In this document: positions 1-15,200 of the stretch, piece after piece
Layout of the letters: each line of letters starts with the position of its first letter
Position numbering within the stretch: position 1 is the first letter of the stretch
From: Octopus vulgaris
Lineage: Eukaryota
DNA: 64,000 nucleotides
Assembly: GCA_951406725.2 (NCBI GenBank)
Contig: OX597820.1
Coordinates: 50,344,001 to 50,408,000 of the forward strand
Reading direction: 5' to 3'
Made by a program: the position numbers and the translations under genes
Notes under the pieces: model-generated
Database searches by the model: none
Seen by the model: the letters and a program-made list of their open reading frames with translations, nothing else
What the model was told of the DNA's origin: nothing

Positions 1-96
1 AGTGGTAGTAGTAATAGTATTAGTAGTAGTATCTGTAGCTAGTAATAGTTAGTAGTAGTAGTGGTTGTAGTAGTAGAAATGGTTACACTATCCATA

Positions 97-880
97 CAGT
101 GTAAAGAGAGGGGTTGCTCAGTACCAAAAACATTGTGCAAAAATATAAATAGCAATCGTGATGCACACCACAAAGAAATGATCAAGCTCAATAACGATCT
201 GTTAAGCAACAACTACCCTAAAAGTATACTATCCACTCCAATTATGAAGAAGAGAGAGGATGAGGCTAATAAATTGTCCATAGTCTGTCTACCTAATGTG
301 AAAGGCTTCTCCGAAAAGATACAAAATATATGCGGCACAATATGACATCAGGACAGTATTCAAGAGTAATACAACGCTTCGCAAATATTTCCTTCGGCTA
401 AAACCACCAATAGAATAGAATATGACCAAAGACTGTGTGTACTCCATCCCATGTAGCTGTGGTAGGCTATACAAAGGCGAAACATGCCGTCCCCTCAAAA
501 TAAGGGTAGACGAACATCGCAAAGCTGTGACACGAAGATATATTGATAAATCGGGTATAGCTGATCATGTGGGATGAAGTTAAAATAATAGACAGAGAAC
601 ACCACTGGAAAATACGAAAACTAAAAGAAGCAGCACACATGCTAGGACACCCACAACCTCCTAAGCAGACGGAGTGCTGATATGAGCAGCATATGGAAAC
701 CGGTATTAAGGAAGGATAGAAAAATATTAGATTTATCAGCCCTAAAATTCACTCCATAATTGTCCAAGGGGATTTGGCCTAGTTGTTAAGAGCGTGGGCT
801 GCTAACCCCAAAATTCCGAGTTCGATTACAAGCAGTAACCTGAATAATAATAATAATATATATCTTAGGATTAAGAGCCC
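97..880 (+). mobile_element. Penelope-like element fragment (RT C-terminus, GIY-YIG endonuclease, 3' repeat with tRNA-like module); degenerate
   Basis: ORF 61-345 (LLSNNYPKSIL...VCLPNVKGFSEKIQNIC) continues after a frameshift as YDIRTVFKSNTTLRKY..CVYSIPCSCGRLYKGETCRPLKIRVDEHRK..WDEVKIIDREHHWKIRKLKEAAH, a typical PLE GIY-YIG domain with stops and frameshifts. Segment 775-880 matches 28861-29120 apart from the length of the intervening microsatellite. Confidence 0.88.
775..842 (+). other. tRNA-derived module (Pol III A/B-box-like) in the PLE 3' region
   Basis: TGGCCTAGTTGTTAAGAGCG (A-box-like), GGG-CTGCTAA-CCC anticodon-like arm, GAGTTCGATT (B-box-like). No complete acceptor stem. Confidence 0.7.
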
Positions 881-1345
881 AAATGTATCTGTTTTCGGTT
901 TACTGTACCCCGTACTCTATTATGCATTACAACTATTTTAAAGATTAAATAGTGTTTTTAGGCCATTTGATTAGTTTAGGTACAGTAACGACAATCATTA
1001 GCATTTTGAATGCGTAAGATTAATTATAAAGTGAGTTAGATATCGTGGTTGACATATCAGAGCTGTTTTCTAAATTATATATATACCATTATGCACATGA
1101 ATTATTTAGAACACTTATGCCATCACAATGTTGTCCAATAAGAAAGAATAAGTCACAACCGGTTCATTTAGTATAATTCAGATCCATATTCATATGGATA
1201 TATTTGAGTAACATTATTGTTATCAGGCTGGTAACTTCATATCATATCACTAGCATTATATTGGAGTTATTGAATAGTATAATACTGAAATAGAAATAAC
1301 GTTGCTTCATGCCCCTGTGATATTACGAATAATGTAATTGTGTTA

Positions 1346-1541
1346 AGGCGGCGAGCTGACAGAAACGTTAGCACGCCGGGCGGAATGCTAAGCGTTACTT
1401 CGTCAGTCTTTACGTTCAGAGTCGAAATTCCACCGAGGTCGTCTTTGCCTTTCATCCTTTCGGGGTGGATTAATTAAGTACCAGTTGCCTACTGGTGTCT
1501 CTCATCCAAATTTTCGGGTTTTGTGCCTAGAGTAGAAAAGA
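1346..1541 (+). mobile_element. tRNA-derived SINE with Nin/Deu-like core (cephalopod SINE family)
   Basis: GGCGGCGAGCTGACAGAAACGTTAGCACGCCGGGCG head and GCCTTTCATCCTTTCGGGGT..AAGTACCAG core. A reverse-complement copy lies at 52769-52979. Confidence 0.82.
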
Positions 1542-4500
1542 ACGATGTAATTGGGATTTCGTGCAATATTCACTATTTTCAGATTCATGATATGACATCA
1601 TGTAAATTTCTGCGTACACGTCAGTCCTTTCTGCAGAAGGAGGACTGGCGAATATGAAGTAATATTACAATTTACTCAGAGTTCAAGAATGAAGTAAGCA
1701 AGAAAATCTACGATAACGCGAAGCGTAGATGAATATAGCCGTGTACTTAACGAATTATATATACATATGCATACACACATGCGTATATACATATAGACAT
1801 ACGTACATATACAGGCATACACATGTATGCGTGTTTGAATATGTTTGTATATGGTGTATGTATATACACTCACCTACACTAATACACTTATACTCTCACC
1901 CTTACTGTAGATTTTTGCGTATATATGTAATGAAAAAACCTACGAGAAGTGTTACCGTATATGAAGTGCAAGTGCTACTGCTAGCATGCACAGAATAAAA
2001 GGAAGTTACTGAACCCATTTTGAGCATCAACGGATATATTTCACAGAACATGCATTTCCCCTTTGTTTCATACGGGAACATATTTAACTCATAGATATAT
2101 TTATGAAAATATGCTCTCTACCACAGTAATATGTTGTTATTGAAGAATTTACAAGCAAAACATTATTTATGCAAATTGGACATGTCGATTTCGCGTAGCC
2201 ATCAGATTCCGTGGTCATAGATAGCTATCAATTATCCGCGAATTTCGAAAAACAACTCAACAGTGACTGAAGCTTTGTTAAGTCTATCATTCTTATGAAC
2301 TCACTGTGTTTATTACACATATTACACAATATCGCAATGAAAAAATGCAAATACATACATAAGTTATAGTTCAGAATTACTTTAAGTTAAGAATTGTATC
2401 AATAAATGTCACTTTTATAATATTTAAACGCAACGTCTGTGTCACTTATGAAGAGGAACCGAATATTAAGGAAGACAAATACGTTTGAACAAATGCGATT
2501 TACAAAAAGGGAAAATTATAGCAAATTTAACAGAATTGTTATTCCAGAAAATTATAACGCACAGTTTATCTGTAAAAGATATAAAAAATATTATAATTAT
2601 AGTTGAAATAGATTCTCATCATTGATAAATGTATTCAAGCAAGGCAAAAAATTTAAATAGAAGAAAAAACAATTTCATATCACACTAATTTTAACAGCCT
2701 TTCAATTAGAGAAATTATGTGTATAAAATAAACAAATATATATCGCTGTATAAAAATAAAGATAAAAAATCTGACTGTAAATTTGTCTAGTAAAAGAAAG
2801 AAAATCGAACTGATGCAAAAAATTGACATTTAAATTTTTTAGAAAATGAAAAAAATCTACAACATATAAAATGATTGTAACAATATTCACTGCATAATTT
2901 CAGTTTACATCTTCAATCAGCTAGAATGTTTGAAGTGGATAAAAGTAGTTTTGTTTTAATAGAAGAACCATACTAATTTACAGAGTCACATTTTCATGTT
3001 TGAAAATGTTAAAACGTGATTTAAGTATTGTATGTTATATATTAAAGGTACGTGAGTTCTAGAAATATATTTTACGATCTGTGTATTCAGTCAGTTAGCA
3101 GTAAAAATGAATGAAACAAAAATTTGAATGTTCGTAATTATATTAATAAAATAACTGCTAAATATGCATATGGTTAGTGGGTAGGTTATTCATAAAGGCT
3201 TACGTTCATACCGTCGTGGATTCAATTCCGATCAAATTATTTAAGCTCAATTACTCCATTCTACTTAGCTGGAAATAACTATCGGCCATTGCCCCCCACC
3301 ACCCCAGATGTCTCCTTCTCTTCTACTGGGGCAAGTGCGGGTGGCTTGACAGGATAGCTATGACTGCTTATAAGCATTTAAAACAATGAGCGAAAGTATC
3401 GTACATACTACCAAGGAAGTATGTAGGTATAAGGGAAAATCTGCTGGGTGTCTGGGATGTTATGATCTGCAGAATTCATGGTCAGTGCCTGTATGTCTTT
3501 CGTTAAAATTTATATATAGGTACAGACCATGACCACTACAGTTCATCATATCCCTACATGTTTGATTGTACGAGTACTTAAAGCACAGAGTGTACTCGGA
3601 TGTGCTAAAGGACGTGTGTGCATGTGCATGCGTGTGTCTACGCGTGTGTGTGCGTGTGTATATGCTTGCAAAGTTTCTGTATCTGTATTTTTGCGTGTTT
3701 GCGTTTGTTGGTGTTATATTTACCTTAAATGAAGGTCTTGTTTAAGAATACATACGGTCAAAGAGATGCAAGCCGTGAGCATCTGCTTTTATTTGCTGCT
3801 CTATATGAAGCTACTTTCCAAATACGTCCGTACTTTATTTCCAAAAGATTTGGCTGTAAGTCAACAGAGATTTCCTTGCGATAGCTAAATGGATTTATTA
3901 TCTCTAGAGGAGCTCTAACTTTCGATTAATGTATGAGAATGTACGTTTATGTGTATGTAGATAAATATGCACATGTAAGTGTTTGTGTGAGTGTGTGTGT
4001 GTGTTTATGTGTGTGTGTGTATGTGTACGTGTGTGTTTGTGCGTGTGTGTATGAGACAAAAGAAATTGTCCAATTAATTTTAGGTGATATGTTCATGACC
4101 TGGTTATACATGGTCTAAGTTTTTAAACTGCCACGAATTTGTAATCAGAATCAAATAACATCTGAAGAAATGAGACTGATGTATTGCCTTACTATATTCC
4201 CCGCAAAGTTTCAATGTTTTCTATTTTATTTTCCTGCAGCAAAAGTAAATTCGCATTGAAACTATAACTAATTATTTCTGTTAAATATAGATGTACAAAG
4301 ACTCGCATGTGCTAGCATATCTATGCATAATTCTGGTTGTCAGAGTATGAGTGTACGAATATTATTTGCATGTCTTGCAGTAATGCATTTTTGTTCATTA
4401 ATGTTGTTAAAAACTGTCTAACTTAAACCTCTCAATCGTTAACCAAATGTGTTCTTCACACAACATACAACAGGATGTATTAGACTGCGAAATGTAAGTT

Positions 4501-6104
4501 GCTCAAACTGGCTAGAAAGCTAGAATAGATGATAAACGATTTAAAGTGAGTCGAGTGAAGTGTACCTGTCAACGAGATACCCATTTCTCTATCGTACGCA
4601 GTTATTCTGTCAGGTTGTTACTCCGAGGCTAATAAGTCATCGCGTCTGATTGGACTGAGTGAAATATAAATATTAATTTGAGAAATTCTGAATCATGGTG
4701 TAATCACCATATTCTTGGACCCAGAAGTTAGGGCAGTATACCTGATGGAGGCAAATAGTGAAGTCGGTGCCTTTAGAATAATCTCTCTATATATAAACGG
4801 CGAAATGTCTGTGTGTGTGTCCTTTATACAAATCCACAATTTTTCAGTTTGAAGGCTCGCACTTTCTATGGTCATTTAAAACCGTCCAAGGGCGGTCGTG
4901 CTCATCTTTATATTTCTCCCGTCACCCTGCAAAGCCATTAAAAGGAGTGACTTTTGTGAATTTTCTATTCAAAACCCAATCAAAGTGCCCGAAACTTGAT
5001 ATGCCAATTGAATGCCAGCTAGCTGTATGTGATTGGTTGGAGATTTGGACTGTACTCGCGTGTATGTGCGCACGCACGCAGCTGTATATGCATACAGACC
5101 CAGTAACGCCGGGTCACATTGCTTGTTATTCACTCACTGACTCAGACAGCAGGACTTCTTCAGACGCCTAGAAGTATTCATAAAAAAACACACGTATAGT
5201 ATAAATATATAATGGGAATTGACATTATCAATATATTGTTGAAGTGACAATACACGGTTTGAATAACAATGCAAAGAAGATTCAACAAAATGCAATTTTC
5301 TGCTAATTTCGTATGTCAGCGAATATGGTCACCATTTTATCTTCGTATTCACGGATCAGGATAGTGCTCCTACACAGGTCAGAAATAATAACATCTTTAT
5401 TGGAAGCTGAACATGTTCACTCGGATACCTTACAGAGATTAGACTAGCAATTCGGTTTCCCATAATGTGAGTCTACTGGGACGAACTTCAGTAGCCGCTT
5501 GTAGATGTCTTAAAAGATAATGTTTTTTGAGGGACATTTTGCAGCAATTTCCTCCAAGTTGGGCGATACGCAGAACCAACTGCATTAACCCAAAATGAAA
5601 TGTATGTATTTTCTAAGCAATTAACTGGATGTAGAAGAATGTACATGTATTAGAAAACTAACAGTTACTATAGTATTTAATTACAATTCAATTACAATAA
5701 TACGAAAGTTAATTTTTACCTTTTTTCTCCTTTGGATTTCTATAAATATCCACTTCCACAAGTTATGGAAATGTAAACGTTTCTATTTGACGCTATTCAG
5801 TAGATTATCTACTTGAATGATCATTCTCTCCATTGTTTATGGTTTTGACTTTTAGTAGTTAACTATCTAAACCTGAAGGGAATTTTTCTACTTTATCATT
5901 GATTTACTGATTTCTTCTTATATTATGTTCATTAATGCAATGCAGCATGGCTTCTGGTTATTTTGCATGCTAAGTGTGTTGTAATATATGTGAAGAACTG
6001 TAATAATCGCTGGTGTTATTTGGATCGTTACTGTTTTATTTGTTGGTGCTTATAGAGTCGTTAGTTTTGTTAGAAATATACTTTGATGTATATGTTCCAG
6101 TTAT

Positions 6105-6260
6105 TTACATTCTAGCTGAAATTCCGTAGAAATCCAGCGAGATCTACTTTCTCTTTCAGCCTTCTGAAATCAATATATTGGAGTGCCACTTAAGTACCGG
6201 AGTCAATGTAATCCAGTAACTCTTACCCTCAAATTTCATGACTGTACCAATATTTGAAAC
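6105..6260 (+). mobile_element. Degenerate copy of the same SINE family (3' half)
   Basis: GAGATCTACTTTCTCTTTCAGCCTTCTG..AAGTACCGGAGTCAATGTAATC..CCCTCAAATTTCATG..GTACCAATATTTGAAAC resembles the 1430-1541 core and tail. Confidence 0.5.
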
Positions 6261-6789
6261 CGTTACTTTTATTGTACTTATTCATTTTCATCTTAATATT
6301 TCTGTTTCAAAATGACATTGGTGTACAAATATACGAAGCCCAATATAGCCATCATTATACACCCGTTTGATAAGGGTACACCAGCTAGATGCATCTCAAT
6401 GATATGTATGCAATGGTGAGTCCATATCGAGATAAACAAGGCATGAATTTGCAGGCGGTGTCCAGTTAGAATTTTCTTCAGGTCGAGAAGCACATCCTGT
6501 TAAAAGGATCCCTGAATAAGTGTTGTTTAAGGATGATAAACGAAACATGGATGTTTCTAGGGTCGAAATATTCAAACGCCAAAACCCTCACAAATCATGG
6601 TTATGAATTATTTCTCTACTCCTCAGAGACGCACATGTCATCACTCAATAAAAGCAGTCTTCACCTGGTTATGGTGAAGCAACCGATGCGCAAATCATGA
6701 ACACATTAACACTTCCAATGAGTTAAAATCAGAAGAGTTGATAGCCACAACCTGGTATTGAAATATGGTATTTATTATTATTTTTTTTA

Positions 6790-7080
6790 CTATTATGTTC
6801 TGTTTGACTTTTGCTTTACAGTTGTATAAGTTGGCTCCAAGTCTCACCTAGAGACCTCAAGAGACAACAAGTTGGAGGTTCATGATGGTGTTATGCCAAG
6901 GGTGCCATAGTTTTGGATTTGTAGACAGTGTTGTTCTAGAGAATGTTTAAGAAACCATAAAAAAATTATGTTTGTCTTAAAACTTGAGATTACATAGAAA
7001 GAATTTTGCGTAGGATATGAGCAGTTCCCATGAGCACTATCTTTCGAATTTCTGCCATTTTAGGGTTTCCTGTTATCTTA
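6790..7080 (-). mobile_element. R4/Dong-like non-LTR retrotransposon 3' end
   Basis: Clearly homologous to 8885-9180. Minus strand encodes the terminal EIRKIVLMGTAHILRKILSM. Flanked by (ATT)n. Confidence 0.75.
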
Positions 7081-7083
7081 TTA

Positions 7084-7376
<293 letters not shown>

Positions 7377-7379
7377 TTC

Positions 7380-7986
7380 TCTTTATCACAGTTGTTTTTT
7401 TAGCTTTAGGTGTCTTGCAGGCGTGGTGGGCTTACTAACTGCAACCTATGGTAAAATGTTATCCCTTATTTTCATCTAACTAATACTTTCCCGATTACTC
7501 TGGCTGTACCAAAAAAGTAAACCGTTTGTAAATATTCTACTGGGCACTTTATTCCAATTTCCTTTATATTCCGCTTGAGGCCTTCTGATAATGTTCCTAA
7601 GGACCCAAAAATGATTGACACTATTTTCACCTTCTTCCTTTTTCCATAACTGGGCTATTTCGTACTTAAGAAGTTTGTACTTATCTATCTTTTCGCCTTC
7701 TATTATAGATGTAGAACCCGCCTATTGGGTTACAGCAAGTAACCTTAGCTGCTAAGACCCCTCCGAAATATCCTAGTAAATATCCTGTCCCTAATAACAG
7801 AGTTTTCTGCAGCTGTACTAAACTGGGTTTTATGCTTATTTCCTGTATCTATCTGTTCAGATCTTTAGGGATATATTTCAATGCACCTATAAAATTACTG
7901 GGAAACATTTTACCCTCAAATTCCATAGTCTCTGTAATTCACTATCTAGGCCCTTGTACAGTCAATTATCTGGTACTTTCTATTCT

Positions 7987-8061
<75 letters not shown>

Positions 8062-8764
8062 AATCAGGCCTTCTAGCTTGTATTACTCTGTCAATCTGAA
8101 CGTTAAAGTCCCACATCTTGTATTTCTTACTTGCTAGTACATTATCAGGTTCAGGTTCATACTATTTATCAGTATGTGTAAATCCTAGCTTTCTACATAG
8201 ATCCCAGTGGATTACTCTCCCTAGATTGTCATGTCCATTCTGGTATTCTTTCTGTGCTAGCATGCTACATTCACTTAGTATGTGAATATCGCTTTCCACT
8301 TTTGCTTTGCTGGGAATCTACTTGTGTTTTGTCTATCTTGGTACGTATCCAATTAGTCCTCAATACTTGATCATTAGCAGCTACTAACAAACTTTGGATT
8401 TCCCGCTTCCGCTCTCCTATCTCCAACCATAACCATGTATCATTACTACAGTCTGCTATGGGAATTTATCAAACAACGACTTCTCTTGCCAGTCAGATAA
8501 TTTCTGGTTTTTAAGTTCACTTGGTTCTTTGATTTTGCTATGTCTTACTGCGACTCTATTAGCTTTTAATAAACTTCCTCCACTGATATCTGCATAGGAG
8601 TCTATATATACTCTAGCTAGCTCCATGCAGTCTTACACTGATATTATCCCTATTCTGCCTTCCTTTTTAGGTAGGTATAATCTTGCTATTCCTGCTCTTG
8701 GGTGGAGTCCTACATTCATTTTGAATTTCTTTCTTAGTTCCACTGTCTTGGTTTGCTAATTCAG

Positions 8765-8765
<1 letters not shown>
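7380..8765 (-). mobile_element. R4/Dong-like non-LTR fragment (post-RT region, Zn knuckle, RLE endonuclease)
   Basis: Minus strand: HPRAGIARLYLPKKEGRIG; ESDIHILSECSMLAQKEYQNGHDNLGRVIHWDLC; WDFNVQIDRVIQARRPDL; KIDKYKLLKYEIAQLW..IIFGSLG. Stops are present. Confidence 0.85.
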
Positions 8766-8766
<1 letters not shown>

Positions 8767-8850
<84 letters not shown>

Positions 8851-8884
8851 CATTATTATTATCATTATTATTATTGTTATTATT
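8767..8884. repeat. (ATT)n microsatellite
   Basis: Direct inspection. Confidence 0.97.
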
Positions 8885-10228
<1,344 letters not shown>

Positions 10229-10689
10229 ATACATCGCACAGTATCCAATATCACGATGTTGATTTAAAATATTGTGTGTACCGGGGCAAAAATCACTCGA
10301 AAAGAAAATTAATTTTCCTTTCAAAATTTGCAATATTTAATATGGTGTCGTCTTTGTTAGCGAGTCAACAAGTGAGAGAGGTGGAAGGAGAGGCAGAATG
10401 CGAAATTGTCTTACGCCGTCACTTGCCCCCACTCATTCTAGATATAAATGATAGTGGTAGTAGCAGCAGGAGTAGCAACAGCAATAACAACAACAGTAAT
10501 AACAACAACAATAACAACAACCAGAGTGGAGATTTCGATTAAGTATGCACGAAATATAACTAGCAGCAGCCAATTGAGCAAGGAAAATACCACCACCATC
10601 ACCAATATTGCCACCAACATCACTGCCACCACTACAACTGCCACCACCACCACTACGACCACCACAAAAATTAGTAAAGTTTCGAACAA

Positions 10690-11405
10690 AGAAAGAGAAG
10701 GAAGGTTCAAATAGAAATAACGTCTCCTTCACAAAAGTTACAAATAAGTATGAAATTATGTCGTTAAGGGATAAGGAAGAACATTTAAAGGAAGCTGAGA
10801 GGATCATAAGACATGGAGAAAGAAAGGCCACACTAAATGTGCCTCGAAACCTGCTTGAAGCAACCGGAAAAATAATCAAGTACATCCGTCAGTCCATGAA
10901 AGTAGACTGGGAATACCATCAGACCGAGCCGAGCTCTGCCTGAAAAATATATGGGCGGATGTCAGCTTTGTCAGCCACGCCCTAAAGTTCGGCTTCATCA
11001 AGGTCATATTCCAGTCGGAATTAGTAGCAAAAAGCACTCAACTTGTCAATTAAAAACAGAGGAGTTCAATTTAATTCCCATTTATCTAGGACAGAGAGTG
11101 ATCTAAGTAACATACCGCCAGAAATCGATTTCTGGTAGGTGGTGAAAGCGATGGTGCAGGAAGATCCTAGAAGCCTCCTCGAAATCCAAAAGTCCAAAAA
11201 GGAAAACTGGGTTGGGATAGGGTTGAAAATTCTACTGCAAGTAAAACCAGGAACTGTAGAGAAAATTCCCAACCTAATAGAAATGTCTGGAGGCCAGAAT
11301 CTGCAGGTAATCGTGGAAGGAAAAAGGCCAAGATGTTACTTCTGTGGAAATTCAGGTCATATTAGTGTCTATTGCCCGACGGAAAGAATGAAAGGGGAAA
11401 ATTAA
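10690..11405 (+). pseudogene. Gag-like LINE ORF1 remnant with CCHC zinc knuckle
   Basis: ORF 11139-11405 ends LQVIVEGKRPRCYFCGNSGHISVYCP (CX2CX4HX4C). Upstream ORF 10608-10943 is separated by stops and frameshifts. No ORF2 follows. Confidence 0.65.
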
Positions 11406-11623
11406 CCGCAGCAACCACTAACACCACTACAACAACAGACACCAGAGCAAGGGCTGCAGCAGCTGCTGCTGAAACATTAACAACAACTCCAAGAGAGACA
11501 ATTGGACACACCATCATCCACAAACACCACGACGGCGCCGGCAGTAACTGCAGCTCGAACGAAGAAAGACTGGAGTGGAAACAACTGCGCAACGGCAAGT
11601 AGAATGCACACCAATAACAACCA

Positions 11624-11672
<49 letters not shown>

Positions 11673-11697
11673 GCTGTTGTTGTTGCTGTTGTTGTTG

Positions 11698-11767
<70 letters not shown>

Positions 11768-11780
11768 TATTATTTATTAT
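11624..11780. repeat. (ATT)n/(GTT)n microsatellite
   Basis: Direct inspection. Confidence 0.95.
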
Positions 11781-11789
11781 TCAGTACTT

Positions 11790-11990
11790 ATACGTGTTAC
11801 GTATACGTCCTATTGATTTATTTTTTTACACGTACTTTCATTGAATCGCCGAGCACAAGTGTGTCGGCCTCGGGTATGTGCTGTTTTTTTAAAGTTGTTT
11901 TTATTGTATTGAAATTACATTAAGTAAGATGTTTGCAGTGCCTTGTAGGTCTATTTTCAGTATGTTACATATACATCCTATTGATTTGTT
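11790..11990 (-). mobile_element. Short R4/Dong-like 3' end
   Basis: Minus strand NILKIDLQGTANILL, homologous to the terminal ..GTAHILRK.. motif. Abuts (ATT)n. Confidence 0.5.
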
Positions 11991-12024
11991 TATATATGTG
12001 TCTGTAATATATATATATATATAT

Positions 12025-15000
12025 ATAAAATATTATTAGAGACAAAACCACTATTTTGCAAAACAAACAAGGAAAGACTTAATCAATACATAAAATTTTA
12101 ATAAATAGTAAAAAAACCGCCACTACAATCGTTTCTTGTCTTGATCGACAATCTTCAGGTGGACTTCAATCTAAAATATCAAAATTTTAAAATATACAAA
12201 TAATAATTTTAAAATAATTAAAGTATGAATGAAAAAATATAAATATATAATCCATATATAACCTAAATATAATCCATATATAATCAATATATAAACAATA
12301 TATAAACTAAAATAAACCTATCAACAATTAAATATAAAATATAAAATATAAAATATAAAATATAAAACAAAACAAAAAAATAATAATAATATAATAATAA
12401 ACTATATATACACCCAAACACATATACCTAATTATATATAACCATATCTAACTACATACACTAAACCACACACCTATATATATATCCCTATACATACACA
12501 TAAAAACGTCTAGACAACTATAAATAAATAAAATAGCTAAATACTTCAACACAATACTTATTCATACTCCCACACACACACACATACAACCCACATTCAC
12601 GCTCTAGAAAACGGACATCACTCAAAATTAAGAACGGAGAAATGGAATAAATGGAATTAAAAATTATATTCACTTAGTAAAACGAACACTACTTAAAAAT
12701 TATGAATGAAACAATGCAATAAAACAACAGACATCCCAAATATACACAAATTACTACGAATTCCTTAACAAACCTACCATGATAAACCAAAACTCACAAA
12801 AACATATAATGATAAAATCTCCCTTTACTAAACTCTATAACATACCTATATAGCAATCCCCCTAACCTAAACATTCACACACAAATACACACACGTAAAC
12901 CACACACCCACGACATATACAAATACCCACACCACTTACACATACCAATACATACATATAAACCTCAACATATACTCCAAAACCCACTCAACCCCACACA
13001 GACAAATAAACACAAAAATTATGAATGGATTCTTTTATAAAACTACCATGATAAGCTAAAACTCACAAAACAGAAATGATAAAACCTCCCTTTACTAAAC
13101 ACTATAACATACTAATATAGCAATCCCTTTAACCTATACATTCACACACAAAAACACACATGTAAACCACACACCCATAACAAATACAAACACCCACCCC
13201 ACTCACACACACCCACAAGTACATATAAGCCTCAACATATACACGAACAAAATTACTTTACCAAGGAACTTAACATATGTATAAAAAGTATAACCTGCCC
13301 GGAAACGAACATCTCTAAATTAATGAATGGAGAAATGGAATAAATGGAATTAAAAATAATATTCACGTGGCAAAACGAACACCACTCAAAAATTATGAAT
13401 GAAACAATGCAATAAAACAACCAACATCGAAAATAGACAAATTACCACGAATTCCTAAAAAAACCATGATAAACCAAAACTCCCAAAAACATATAACGAT
13501 AAAATCTCCCTTTGCTAAACTCTATAACAAACCTATATAGCAATCCCCTAACCTAAACATTCACACACAAATACACACACGTAAACCACAGACCCACGAC
13601 TTATACACATACCTATACTAACTTATAAACCTCAATATACACCAAAATCCACTCCCTCCACACACAGACAAATTAACACATACATCCCAAAACCTAAATA
13701 ACAAACCCATATACACATTCACACACAAACACACACACACGCAAAACACACACACACAACAGATACATATACTCCCTCACATATACGCATATACATACTC
13801 ACTAAACTCGATATATACAACAATATTTACACACCCACACTCATACAGATAAATAAATTATACAACTAAAAACTCACACACAATCTCATATACATAAACA
13901 CTCCTATGAAAACAACATTAAATACATCGTAATTAACCAGAATATCAAAAATAACAATATGACATAAGGATAAATAAAATACATACTTACAAGTCATTTT
14001 CAAATTATAAAGTGAAATTAAATTCTTAGCCGTTAAAAAATCAAACCAAAATTACGTTACCATAGAAATAACTTATGTAAAAAAAGAATACGCGTCATGG
14101 AAAGTAAACGTCATTTAAAATTATGAATGGAGAAAAAAGAATAAATGGAACTAAAAACTATATCCACGTGGCAAACCAACACTACTTAAAAAAATTTATT
14201 ATGAATGGATTCTTTAAAAAACTACCATGAAAAATCATTATATACATTTATGAGCTTTAGCTCACCTTAGCAGCTCTAATCCACCCCACTCACACACACC
14301 CACAAGTACAAATAAGCCTCAACATATACACCAAACAAAATTACTTTACCAAAGAACTTAACATATGTATAAAAAATATAACCGCTCTGGAAACGAACAT
14401 CTCTAAATTAATGAATGGAGAAATGGAATAAATGGAATTAAAAATAATATTCACGTGGCAAAACGAACACCACTCAAAAATTATGAATGAAACAATGTAA
14501 TAAAACAACCAACATCGAAAATAGACAAATTACCACGAATTCCCTAAAAAAACCATGATAAACCAAATCTCTTAAAACCTATAACGATAAAATCTCCCTA
14601 TGCTAAACTCTATAACAAACCTATATAGCAATCCCCCTAACCTAAACATTCACACACAAATACACACACTTAAACCACAGACCCACGACTTATACACATA
14701 CCTATACTAACTTATAAACCTCAATATACACCAAAACCCACTCCCTCACCACACAGACAAATTAACACATACATCCCAAAACCTAAATAACAAACCCATA
14801 TACACATTCACACACAAACACACACACACGCAAAACACACACACACAACAGATACATATACTCCCTCACATATACGCATATACATACTCACTAAACTCGA
14901 TATATACAACAATATTTACACACCCACACTCATACAGATAAATAAATTATACAACTAAAAACTCACACACAATCTCGAAAACAACATTAAATACATCGTA

Positions 15001-15200
15001 ATTAACCAGAATATCAAAAATAACAATATGACATAAGGATAAATAAAAAACATACTTACAAGTCAGTTTCAAATTATGAAGTGAAATTAAATTCTTAGCC
15101 GTTAAAAAATCAAACCAAAATTACGTTACCATAGAAATAACTTATGTAAAAAAAGAATACGCGCCATGGAAAGTAAACGTCATTTAAAATTATGAATGGA
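12025..15200. repeat. Left arm of ~3.2 kb inverted repeat
   Basis: Reverse complement of 18201-21383, from TATTAGAGACAAAACCAC to AAATTATGAATGGA. Only scattered single-base and homopolymer differences were noticed. Confidence 0.96.
12120..12162 (-). ncRNA. Type I hammerhead ribozyme (PLE terminal repeat)
   Basis: Minus strand: CCAC-CUGAAGA-UUGUC(GAUCAA)GACAA-GAAAC-GAUU-GUA-GUGG. Canonical core, 4-bp stem I, 5-bp stem II, minimal quasi-palindromic stem III. Confidence 0.85.

Noticed and set aside
775-842. Functional tRNA gene (also 28861-28915)
   Set aside because: No complete acceptor stem or Pol III terminator, and the two copies differ in the anticodon loop. Treated as a tRNA-derived repeat module.
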